Below are positions 50,620 through 62,900 of a stretch of 64,000 nucleotides of DNA, piece by piece. The position numbers were made by a program, and so were the translations under genes. Position 1 is the first letter of the stretch. Each line of letters begins with the position of its first letter. The stretch is from assembly GCA_051294375.1 (NCBI GenBank), contig CM119263.1, forward strand, positions 454,019 to 518,018, in the 5' to 3' direction. The stretch comes from Paraspadella gotoi. Its lineage: Eukaryota; Animalia; Chaetognatha. Below the pieces are notes generated by a model, which had not been told where the DNA came from, made no database searches, and worked only from the letters and a program-made list of their open reading frames with translations.

Positions 50620-51552
50620 TCAGGCGGCGACGCCCAACATGGCCTTCAGATGATTGGAGACGTCGACGAACGAGTTGGATCCGAACTCCTGCGGACCCAA
50701 GGCCGACGCCTGCCCGACCTCGAGACCAGACCGCATCTGCAGAGGGAACGCCGCGGCGACCGGCTTGGGCATCCGCTTCAGTCGCGCCATCTCGACGGCG
50801 ACGTCCGGCGGCGACGCCCGCCCCCCGCAACTCTCCTCAGCGCCGAGCCACCTTGACGGAGGCTTTGGCACGGCGCTCGGCGACGGCGGCTCCGCCTGCC
50901 ACTTGGAGCCGGCGAAGGAGGGCGACGACGACAGAGTCGGCGACGACGACGAAGACGACGAAGCGGACGATCGCCGCGCGCTGGAACGCGGCGTCGCATC
51001 CCCGAGTTGGGCGAACGGGGACGAAGTATTGGAAGGAGAGGAAGGACTGGCGATATCGCGACGAGGAGGAGTGCGCAGTGGTTGTTGTTGTTGTTGTGAT
51101 TGAATGCCTTGATGATGATGATTGGGCGATGACTGGTCGGAACCGGTCTTGACCGGAGACCGACGAGTTGGCGGAGGCCGAGTCGACGGCTTCGTCCGCG
51201 GAGGCGTCGAGACGATGGAAGGCGTCGTCGGCGGCGGCGACGACGGAATCGCGATGAAGGATGACGATGATGATGATGATGATGATGAGACTGGGCTCCC
51301 GAATGACAGAAAACCCGAACCGAGTAGCGCGGGTTTCGAGGGCGTGGACGATGAAGGGACGGCGGAGGGCCGCGCCCCCTGAGAGAGCATCGCCGAAGCC
51401 GGGAAAACGGCCGACCTCTTGGGCCTCTGTCCGGACGCTTTGCCGGGGGCGCCGGCGTTCGGGGAGGCTTGAAGGAGACGGGCGACGCCTCGTGGGGAAC
51501 CCTTCGATCCGACGGGCTCTCGACCGCCGGGAGATTTTCCTGTTTTGAGCAT
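50620..51552 (-). CDS. Proline-rich nuclear receptor coactivator (PNRC1/2) homologue, single coding exon
   Basis: 310-aa Ser/Pro-rich ORF containing FAGSKWQAEPPSPSAVPKPPSRW (PNRC motif YAGAKFS.PPSPS.LPKPP.HW) and a C-terminal NHLKAMLGV (LKxLL-like). An upstream acceptor at 51621-51622 implies a 5'UTR intron. Confidence 0.8.
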   Translation of the reverse strand: MLKTGKSPGGREPVGSKGSPRGVARLLQASPNAGAPGKASGQRPKRSAVFPASAMLSQGARPSAVPSSSTPSKPALLGSGFLSFGSPVSSSSSSSSSSFIAIPSSPPPTTPSIVSTPPRTKPSTRPPPTRRSPVKTGSDQSSPNHHHQGIQSQQQQQPLRTPPRRDIASPSSPSNTSSPFAQLGDATPRSSARRSSASSSSSSSPTLSSSPSFAGSKWQAEPPSPSAVPKPPSRWLGAEESCGGRASPPDVAVEMARLKRMPKPVAAAFPLQMRSGLEVGQASALGPQEFGSNSFVDVSNHLKAMLGVAA

Positions 51553-52939
51553 TTTTTTGCAGCTCGCGTTTTTATTGTCGAGGTTTTTGTTTTATTTTTG
51601 TTGAAGTCGATGAATTAAGGCTGCGGGGAGAGAGTAGTCAAAATTTTTATTTAATTTCCTCGATTTGTTATTAAGCTTATTTTAGTAAGTAAATCATACG
51701 ACTTTGCCTCTTATTTTTACAATGCCTACCAGTAACAATAGTGACAATGATAATAGACTGTTTGAGAAAGAAAATATTGGAAACAAAATATTTGAGCGAT
51801 TTCGGAAAAAATCGAAAAAACAAAAACAACTACTATGAGACAAAATGTTGACTGTGACGATGGAGTCAAGCGAAATCAGAATCTCACATCCACAATTTCT
51901 CTCGTCAAATCGCGACTGGAGACCGTGATCGTTGTTGTTGTTGTCGTCGTGGTCATTTGATTTGCTTGCTTTGGTCCTTTGCTTGGCCTTTACATTGCCA
52001 ATGCTAAAAGATTTAATAAAAAGAACCACCACCACAAAAAAAATAAATACAATAATTATGATCATAACAAAATTTAACAAAACAATTGGATTTATTCAGG
52101 ATTTGTTCAGTATTTTTGTTCGATTTATGTTTTAACCAAAAACTTCAGGTTTTTTTTCTTTCTTTTTCTTTTCTGAAAATCGTTCATCGAATCAACGAGA
52201 AAAAAGAAGCGAAAAACAAACTGAACAAAAAAGGTTCAGTTTGAATGGGAAGAGGAGGAGGAAGAGGAGGAGGATGAGGAGGAAGAGAGATCGATCCTAC
52301 ATCTCGATCGAGTTTTTGATTTTGTTTAAAGGAAATAAAGGCTTCACCACTATTTTGCGCACTGCGCAGTTTAACTATTTTTAAAAAGAATATATATAAA
52401 TAAATAAAATTGGCAAAACAAAATAGATGTGATATTTATTATTTCACTGTTGGATATTTTTTAAAAGAAAAATAAAACTCCAAGCTTTTCATGACGTTTA
52501 AAAAAGAAAATTTATGTTAATTTTAGGTTAATATCATAATTTTTTTACAGTTTAGAATTGTCTTCGGGACATTTGCTTTATACTATTGTCTATTACTTTC
52601 CCAAAAAAGGGTCAGTTTTCTATGAAAGAGAGAAACGTTTACTTACTTGATGTGTCGCAATTATTGCGTGGCTTTCAAAAATAAGCGTCGAACGGTTGAG
52701 GATTTGAAAATAATCCAAAGGAGAGAAAGATTGTCTTGAAATATTGGGTCGAAGAATGTTGGAAGGTGTGACGCTGCTTTGTAAGGGTTATTCTGAACTT
52801 TTTAAATAACATATGACAGAAATTTTAACTGAAAAGAGGCAGCATTCTTTGTCTGAGGAGGTCCCTTCTCTAAGAGACCCTTCGTGCATCTAATTTGATT
52901 GCCTGCATGCATCGAGGCGTCGGAAAGGAGGAGAAAGAG

Positions 52940-53130
52940 GAGGAGCCCAATAGACGGCCCTATCGTTCGACTTCCGCCAATCAACGCCAAGGACGGCCTA
53001 AAGAAAGAAATCGAAGGCGATAGGGGCTTGACGTGGAGCCAATCAAAGCGCGAGATGGCGAGAAATCCAGAAAAATCTGACCAATCAAAACCAGGTCGTT
53101 GCCAGGAAATATGAGAAATGACGTCAGGAA
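52940..53130. promoter_or_regulatory. Candidate bidirectional promoter (CCAAT cluster + CRE)
   Basis: CCAAT at 52947, 52977, 53039 and 53081; TGACGTCA at 53119-53126; TGACGT at 53029. Lies between divergent genes, with a strong + strand donor GAG|GTAAGT at 53486/53487. Confidence 0.55.
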
Positions 53131-56100
53131 AAGATACTTAGCATAATGAGGGAATTGGTATATAATGAATTTGTAAAGATTAAGTGATAGAATTTTGTTA
53201 TAATTTAGTTTTTATGGAAATTAGTTATATATTTAGGAGGTGGCAAACAGAAATCTTGAATTTAGGGCATTTTGCGTGATATGCGTAAAATAGCTAACTC
53301 AGTCGGCCATTTTGAAATTATGCAGCTGCTGTTTCTGCTGTCTTCTTCCTCCTCACTGTTCATTGGTTGTTTCTATGCAGTGAAGTATACACTGAAAAGA
53401 TTTTTTGCACAAAGGGGACCTCTTGGATTTTACTTAGCTACAAAGGGATATTCTTTTAATGATTACGTCTCGCTGAATCCGTTGAGGTAAGTGTATTAAG
53501 ACGCATTGCGTGGAAATCAATTATTGATTTAGGTGTCAAAGTATAAGAAATGTGAAAAGATCGGATAGGAAATGGAATAATCAAATAAAGGAATATACAT
53601 TTGCTTGCATGCTTGTATATCGAGTATCACTATCAATTTTACGTGCTTCACGATTCTGTTTGTTTCAATCCATTTAATATTATTTTAAGTTTAATTTATG
53701 TCAACTTCAGCATTTTTTAATGGAAATTTTAAACTTATTCTTTAATTAGTTTAGACGAGTCTTACCTAAATTTGCTACAGTCATTATACACGTTATGGTG
53801 AATAAAGCTAATATAAAGTAAATATAGTATATCTTCAATACAACATGCGTATTAAACTGGCTATCCCTAAAGTTAAATGGCGTAACTGGTAATAATATAG
53901 AATATGCTGAGAATGTTATAAATCAGTTTAATAAGCAAGTGATAGAAGATAAGGTGATACTTTAACGTTTGTTTTGCATGCTGAAGCTCAGGATCTGAAC
54001 CAAATGTCTTAAATAAATGAGAGTAAGAATAAAGGGGAAATTTCACTAGCCTTGGGAAGGTTTGAATCAATTGTGGTCAATGTAAAACATGTATGCTTGC
54101 TTAGGTAAATTTCACCTCTTGTGATTTTTTTTCACGTAACATGGTGAATTAAGTATGGAATATTTATAGGCTATAGCTTCTTTGACATGTCAATTTAACT
54201 GTCGGATTGCGATTGCAGGTTTATAATTTATTTTCCCCTTTTCTCGTTCAAGGTTTTGCTAATTTTTAAACTAGTTCTACTACTACTACTACTACTACTA
54301 CCACCTCTGCTCCCCGTTCCACATTATAATAATCTCAAAGCGAATTCTCCTTCTGCTACATACCTCATGTCGATTCACTGACGATAAAACTTTGATCTGC
54401 ACAATGGTCCTAAGACTTTGAAAACATGACCAACCACTATCACTTTGTAGTTTTAGCCTGCAAACTTTGTGTGGATGACTATTTTACCCATGTTAATTAA
54501 CATATTGGGAAGCCTTTGTTACAAATATCGTGATTCATATGTACTTAGTTCCCTCAGTTTCTTTTTGCTATAGGAAATCCAGTCTTAGCTGCTGTTTTTT
54601 CTGCTAAAACATTTTGCATGCAAAAATATTTTTTTTTGTTTTTATCTTTACTCTTTTCTATTTAACCTTTAACGTTAAAATATTTTTTGAAAATATTTTC
54701 TTAAAGAAGAATAGATTCTTGAATCAATGAATGTAAGGTAAAAAGTTACTAGTCCTTGATTTTTTTATTGTAGTTATAAGAATTTCATACCGATTGCTGC
54801 AAAGATAACTGTATAGAGCATTATTTTATACCCTGGAGAGCATGATTCTTAACTGTACTTTCTTCTTTTTCTCTCAATATGATTTTATTTAATCTTTTTA
54901 ATTTAGTTTTCATCTTTTTTGTAGCACCTTCCTTGAAAATCTAAAAAATGCATTCATATAAAATAATTCAAGATCAGAAATAATATATCATAAGCTGATA
55001 AAACTTTAAATACTATTATGAATTTCCTAAAGCAAAATGATTGTTTTAAAATTTGCTTAATGTACATAGAACACGAAAAAATAGTATTCATGCTTTATTC
55101 ATATGTTTATTATTTGAGCGCTTTAAGTTAATTCCAAACTTGTTCCATGTAAAACCATGCTTTGGTCTGTTTAATCAAAGTTCTTACAAATGCCTTTCAT
55201 TTCATTACTACAAAGTTTCTCCCTAAATTTGCCTTCCACCTCCTGCGATTGGCGTTTCTTGCGGAATTTTTCATTGATTGTCACACAACTTGCAACTTTC
55301 CTTAATCTTGATTATTTCATCATAGTTTCGAAGCCCTGTCTATAAAAAAATAACCTATCAACACATTTTAAAAGGTGTGATGACTACTCCATACTTTTTA
55401 AAAAAATAAATAAAGAGAAGAAAAAATCGCATAGAAAAAGTAAGGAGTTGTTATTGATACATCTGTATTTAGACGCTTATAGTTGATTTTACTAACAGTC
55501 TGTTACTTTGGTGTGACGTTTTGAATTTATCTGGAAAAGCATGACACAAAGATGATTTATAGTTTACCCTGTTTTGTTCTAATGTCGTAATCATATCCTG
55601 TCACCGTTTTTATTCTACTAAATATTGTTGACAGGACCTTTTCCCATGATCACTTTTTATTTTATGCAAATCAAAAAACACTTATTATTACATGGTGAAA
55701 GAATTTTGCATGAGAAGCATTTTAAAAAGTAAATCCCACAATAACTGTAAGTAAAATATATTAAGACAAAAGAAGGAGAAATTATTTCCGTAACTGTAAA
55801 TCCCTTACTTTGAATTAAAAAAATTAATGAAAGCGATGTAAAAATAAATCTTTAAGTCATTTTGATGCATGAATATATAATAAAGGATAGTTGCAATCAC
55901 TATTTCCAAGCGTTAAAAAAGCTAACCTTAACACTCTCTCAATAGTACTTGAAAAAACCTATTTAATTGGTTTTTGTTAAGAATTTAACCCTGACAAGTT
56001 TTTCTTAAATAAAAAACAAGTTTCGAAATTAGCTCTAAACATAAACATTTTAAATTTTAAAAATGATACTGAAAGGAATTAGAATTTGGTTATAATTTTT

Positions 56101-58226
56101 TTAACATTTGGATTGAAGTTATAATTACAAAAAGTTTATTAAACTTAATTGAAAGCTAGTCTTTACTGTAAATTAATAAGTCAATGCATGTCTTCATCAG
56201 CATTTTCATTTTAAAGCTTTTAGTAAAATAAAATTGTATTTTTGTTTAAATTATATATTTAGATATATGAAAAATCTGATTTTGTAAATATTACTGTTAA
56301 TTTAAATATTTTTTTACTTTGCATTCTTGCATGTAAAAATTTGTTTATATAAAACTAGTGTTTTTTGATTTACATTATCTGTTTTTAATGAGTACACTTT
56401 TAAAAATCTTAACTGTTCCTGAGTTTTGCCACTTTTACCTCTAATCCTTGGCTCTTGTTTTAATTTAGTCATCTGTCTGGGTGCTTTGTTTTTTTTTTTT
56501 TTTTAGATTTCAATTGTGTATATTTAATCAACTGCTGAGCACAAATATAATTTTTAAAAGTGAATCGCGATGCATGGTTTTTCTTTAATCATTATTTCTG
56601 GTCGTTAGGCTTAGCCCTATTTCAGTGCACCCGGCACAAAGCAAAACACTTCATGGCTTCTTTTTACAGATTCATTCCGGATAATTTTTCGCTTTTTAAT
56701 AAGCTTTGGCTCTTACATAGCTTGGTTTTTAATATTAATTCGTTTTTGAGTTTTCCATCCACACTAAAGTAATAAAGTTAACTTTCGATTTGTGGGTTAC
56801 GTTCTTAAAAATTGTATGTGATAAACTAAACAGAGAAAACTAAATGAGAATAGTTAAGAAAAAGCTAAAATTATGTATACAGGAATACATCTCTTTGCTC
56901 TTCGTCTTAGAAGAAGATATAACACTTAATACTTTGCCAGGGACTATCCATGCCTATTCATTATACTCCTTCCTTAAATATTGCCAGAGAAAGAATAAGA
57001 AGATAAATCTCTCTTGAAGAAATGTAAAGTGAGAACAGGTGGAGATGTTTAATCAGTAATAGATTAATACGGGGCACCAATTAGAGATAGACCATGAAGA
57101 TGATTTTTATTTTTCTCAAATCTAACAATATGTTTGTGTGTACGAGATTGTAAGGCTGCCAAGATAATAAATCGGAAGTAAATAGAAGCAAGAGAGACAG
57201 TTGCTGTCGCCTGTTATTTTCAGTTTTCAGGCTGAGAACAATTAATAATCAGTAAGATAAAAAATAAACAGCAGGAGAAGAAAAGATTAAATAGTTTTTT
57301 CCCGTGTTTATACAACATGTTCAAGCTATGAAATATCGAAATTACTGAAGAAAAAAATCGAATGCATGTTTTTTACCACAAGAGAGTATTTTTTTTCGTT
57401 TGTCTCTAGAAGTTGTCAATCTGTTTGCCATGGTGTTTAACACAATATCTTTAGCTCATAAACCTTTGGTGTAGGTCCCTATATAAGTCACAGAATGATT
57501 ATTCTTCATCTTAAACATCGTAGCTTGTCCCGAATACATTTCTGCGGCAATTTAATGAATAATCACGCAGTTAAATCTTAGTTATTTGTCTCTGTTAAAA
57601 CGAAAAAAGGAAGACGATCGTCAAAAAACAATGAATAAAAAAAGTTGCCTTTTACTCGTTTCCTTTTTTTAAACCAAAGCACCCGTTTCTTTATTATCAT
57701 TGAAACAGCAAATCTACTAAAAAAATTGTTTCATAGTGCTCGGTTTTTTTTGCTCGCTCATTTTTTGTACACGTAATTTTTTCAGTTCTTTGCTGTAAAT
57801 AAAAAAAAATCTTTGCTTTCAACTTTCAATCTTTTCGCATCCTTTTTTTTAAAATCAATTAAATCAAATATTTAGGGAAAACAAACTTTTATTCATAATC
57901 AATGTATTCTACAGTATTAACCGGCCAAACAAAACATTCCTCACATCTTTGTTCACACGTGACACCCTTTCAAATTACTTAGGGCAAAAAAAAAAAAAAA
58001 AATAAAAAATAAATAAAGTAGGATCCGCCCCCCCTTCCCCGCTTTCTGCGAAATGTTTTGCTTTCATCAAAAGTAATTTAAAAAAAAAAAGAAAAACTGG
58101 CGGCGATCAAAGCTTCCCTTAAAACCCTGTTGTGGTGAATGCCCTCGTAACTTTCATCCCCAAGTTTTGTTGCCTCTGCATGTTTTTGGGTCGGGGCTGC
58201 CGGAGCCTCGCCGGTGCGGCCGGGCG

Positions 58227-58379
58227 ATGGCGCGCTTCGGGGCTGAGCCTTCGCGGGTTCACGCCCCAGTGGTGTACCGTGGTGGAGGGGAAGGAGGAGG
58301 AGTGTCGGGATCGGCGCTGGGGCGAGAGGTCAGATCGGTGATTAGGGATCACAGTAACAACCATAATCACAATAACCGT

Positions 58380-58415
<36 letters not shown>

Positions 58416-59879
58416 AACGTCCGTGAACGCTGGGAGAACCGCGCGGTTTCTTCGACGGCGGCGGCGGGGCGCGATCATCGTTTCGGTCACTCACGCCAAG
58501 GATCCGTTTCTCAGCGTCCTTTTCAGTCACCCGACCGCGGTAGCTCCTACGCCTCCTCGCAGTGGGGCCTCCTCCAAGGGCACGCCAACCAGCGCCACCT
58601 TCAACACTCTCGTCGATCCAATCGACGACACCGGAACGAGGCCGCGGGGACGACGACATCGTCCGCGAGCCAATCGGGATTCGACGATCCTCTTCGCGGA
58701 TTCGGCGGCGGCTGCGGCGGCTGCGGGGCGTCGTCGGAAGCGGCGGAGGATTCCCGGCGCCGATTTCCGGCGGAGGAAGTCTGTGGAAGCTTTATCGGCG
58801 AAGAATATCCGGCCGAGCGGCGGACCGGGAGCTTCATTGAAGAAGGGATTCCTGAAGAGTCGCTGGACTTTTCATACTCATCAGGTGATCGAAGCGTGTT
58901 GACCGGGTGATCAAAGCTGGTTGTCATAGTGATCAAAACTGGTTGCCCTAATAAACAAACCTGGTTATCGGGTTGTCGAAGCGGATTTATTCGGTTGATG
59001 GAAAATCTCAGTAATTGTTAGCATTGTTACAATATACGAAGTCGAGCGAACAATAATAAGTTCTACTATCATTAATGAAGAATAATAATTGATGTTAATA
59101 ACAATATTTTCATACTATTGCAATTAACAAGTAACAAATCAGTTAAACAAGCAATAACACTTACCAAAATATATTTTTAAAACTCATCCGTAAATTAGTC
59201 ATCAAATCATAATCCCTATTGCTTCACTTTTTTTTTCCACCTCCCAACCACAGTCCACCCGGACATCTTGGTGGAAGATCTCTCCTGCGGCGGACCAACT
59301 CTTCCGCTGGACGAAGATCTCTTTTTGTCCCTCGACTCCATCCATCCTCTAGATCCTCTCCGCCCTCTAGATCTTCTCGATCCTCTAGATCCTGTAGATC
59401 CTCTCAGCCCCCTTCACCCTTACGCCGTCTTTCTCACGGCGCCCCCCTGCTCCCCCATGCCCCTCGGCGGCGCCTCCACCGCCGCCGCCTCCTCCGCCAC
59501 CGGCGGAAGCGCCTCTTCCTCGGCGGCGGCGCCTTTTTCGGGCGCTTCCCCTCCGCGGGCGCCCATCAGTCCTTTCGTCGGCGCGTCGCTGTCGGCGGCG
59601 TCGTCGTCGGGTAGAACGGGCGGTGATTCGCTCGGACAAACCGAATCTTCTTCCTCAGGGTCACTCATTGGTGAGTCCCTGGTCGGTGATGATTGGTGAG
59701 AAGAAAACGGTGATTAGTGAATAACAGAGAACACGAAAAAAGAATTGATCACAAAAAAGCTCGGTGAACGACATTTTCTAAACGTTTCTTTGTGAAAGAG
59801 AAGGAAATGTCCTTTCTCTTCTTTCTTTGTTTCGCTCGTCGTCCTCTAAGGGCAAAACCGATTTCTTTGTCTTGGATTT

Positions 59880-59975
<96 letters not shown>

Positions 59976-62900
59976 TCCGAAAAAACTGAAAACAAAAGTT
60001 TTTTGTCTAAGCGGAAACTAAAACAGAAAAAAAAAAGAAGAAAAAAAACAACAACAACAAACAAAAGCTCATAAAATCTTAAATACCACTTCTAAAATTC
60101 TTAGTTTAATTCTTGGTTCAATCACCACCTCACCCATTTTCAACGGCCTCACCCTCCGGACTCGCAGGTTCTTCTCCTGTTCCTCCGGCGTCGGATGCCT
60201 CACCCGCCCCCGTGACGCAAGAAACGGCGGCGGCAGCGGCGGCGGCGACCGCGATTCACTCAGGGATCCTTGCGGCTGCTGCGGCTGAACTCGCAGAGTT
60301 GCACCACGAACTTCAAGGCGAACTTCAAGTAAGCGGTCGTTCGACGGTGATCGCTCGGTATTTTCGAAATCGTATCGAAATAACAAACGGTGTATGAGAA
60401 ACGTTTTTTATATTTTGTGAGACGTTCAGTTTGTTTCAGTTTGTTTCATTTCGTCGCTTCGGAACGAGGAAACCTTTCGAGTTGGAATTATTTTAAAAAT
60501 TTATCATTGTTACTGACATAAGACTACGTATCAAATCAATATTGGTTTTATTGATTTGATACTTTATTAGCGATAAATATTAATATAAATTTGTAAACAA
60601 AGCATCAAATATGTCACATTCTTCGATTACTAGGAGCAACACGTGAAGACTAGCAGAAGCAGGGAGTCCAGCCCAGGAGAGGCGCATCCGAGCGGCGGAG
60701 GCGGAGGCTTCGGCCAGCGTCCGGCGAAACGCGCGAGGAAGATGTCCACGTCCGGTGCCTCGGGGCTGCAGCGACCCCAAGGGACTTCCAACCCTTGCGG
60801 GCACGCCGGGCCATCGGGGGCTCTCAATGGCCCTTCGGGGATCTCGCCTTTACCTCCGCGACCCGCCTACTCGCCTCATTCCAACAACGGCAACAATAAT
60901 AATAACAACAACAACAACTACGAGGGCCGCCAGATCGGCAGGGGGCGACCCAGAAGCCCTTACCATGGCAATGACAACCGACACCATGGACTTAGATGGT
61001 CGATGAACGGCGGTCAGAGGTAAGAAATTTTTAACGAGATTCTCGTTTTTAACAAAGTCTATTCTTTTTGGGCTATCCTTAAAATCTACTTCTCTTTAAA
61101 CTTTATATTTAATTTATAATCCACTATGAAACGAGATTAATATTTCATTTGCCGCCATTGGGGGTTTTTCTGTCAACTCACATTTTTTAATTGGATTCAT
61201 TTTAATTTCATATGTAGCATCAACGTAATGGACCTACTAAGGGACTTGGTTGGCCTTGTGATGTTATTTGTAAATCATCAGACTGACTGACTTGACTGAC
61301 TGACTTGACTCCAACCTCAGACCAACCAATGACTGACAGACCAACATATGGGTCGATGGTCGGGATTGCTAAGAGATCTCAAGACACCCTTGACCACCAA
61401 TCCCTCTGTTGGTCTGTCTGAGTTTGGATGCAAGTCAGTCGGTCTGATGATTTGCAAAGAGGACGAGCAATAACGTCACAAGGCCGACCAAGTCAGTCTA
61501 TAGTTCCATTCCGTTGATGGTATTAAGTGATCATAGTAATAATTGATTGAGGTTTCCATTGGCAGACATCACGAACATCGGAGCGTCTCCCGCGGAGGCT
61601 TTGGTCGCCGTAGCCCCATCGGCTCCTCTGGAATAAACGCTCACTCCAGCAACGGAGGCAACGGCCTAAACTGCAACTGGAGCAACAACGGGTATCGCTC
61701 CCGTGACCACTACCACAGCCACTCCAGAGGAGACCGCGGCTACGGTCGCGAGGATCGCCGAGGCGAACACTCCTCTTCCCATTTTCGGTGTTACGATCGT
61801 CCTCACGATCGTACGCATGACCGTACCCACGACCGCAATCACGACCGTACGCATGACCGTACCCACGACCGGACTCACGACCGTCCGCACGGACGATCTG
61901 ATCGCGCCTCGACTACGAGGATCGAGAGAACCAATCAAAACGACTTTCGGCCGCGCAATCACCAGGGATTCTGGCATCAACGGTCTGGTCTCGGACCGCA
62001 TTCCGATGGTCAGGCGTTGCTGATGCTGCAGCAGCAGCAGCAACAACAGCAACAACAACAACAAAGCCAAGGCGGGAACTCTCCATCGGGCGCCGCTTCT
62101 TTCCACGCGACTCCGATCGCCTACGCAATGCAGCATCAGCATCCGCCGCCGCCGCCGCAGCGTCAGCAGCAGCAATCTCACGCTTACGATCAAAGTTCGT
62201 ACGCCAGCGCCGCGGTCTACCCTCCGCCGTCCGAATTTCTTCCCAGCAGCGCCGTGGCGGCGTCGCCCGTCTTCGGCGGTTCCGCCCCGCCGCCGCCTTT
62301 TCTGCTCTACAATCACCAATTGGCGGCGGCTCAGAGCGGAGCTTTGATGGTGCAACAGCAGACGCCACAGCAGCATCAGCACCGCTCGTCCATCCTGGGC
62401 AGAGTTCCTCCGCACGTACAACCTCTCAATGCTCAACAGGCGGGAGCGGGCGCCGCTTATCCGCCGACCAACTCGATGCCTCCTCCTCCTCCGGCCGCTG
62501 CTCTGCTCTCCAGCGGAGCGGCGCTGCCGGCGTCGGCGCTGCCTCCACACTCGGTGGCGCTTCATCAACCTCACGCCGTCCAAACCGCCGTGACCACCGC
62601 CGCCGTGGCCGCTCACGCCGCCGTGGTCGCCGCCGCAGCGGCGTCACGTCATCACGTGACTGTGGCGCCGCCGGGGGCCGCTTCCGTTTCAGCGTCGACG
62701 GCGCCGGCGGCCGTGCAGCACTGGATACCGCATCTAGCGGCGGCTGTGGCCAGTTCCGGCGGAGTCGATCACGTGGCCGCAGTGTGCACGGCGGCGGCGG
62801 CGGTTGCGGCAGCGGGACATCCAGCTGCTCAGTTCCCTTTCGCCACTACGGCGCGATTTTCGCCAACGAATCCGCAAATCGTAGCGGCGGCGGCGGCGGC

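Noticed and set aside
53500-58100. 4.6-kb AT-rich stretch
   Set aside because: No ORF, repeat or structure I could support; probably a first intron.
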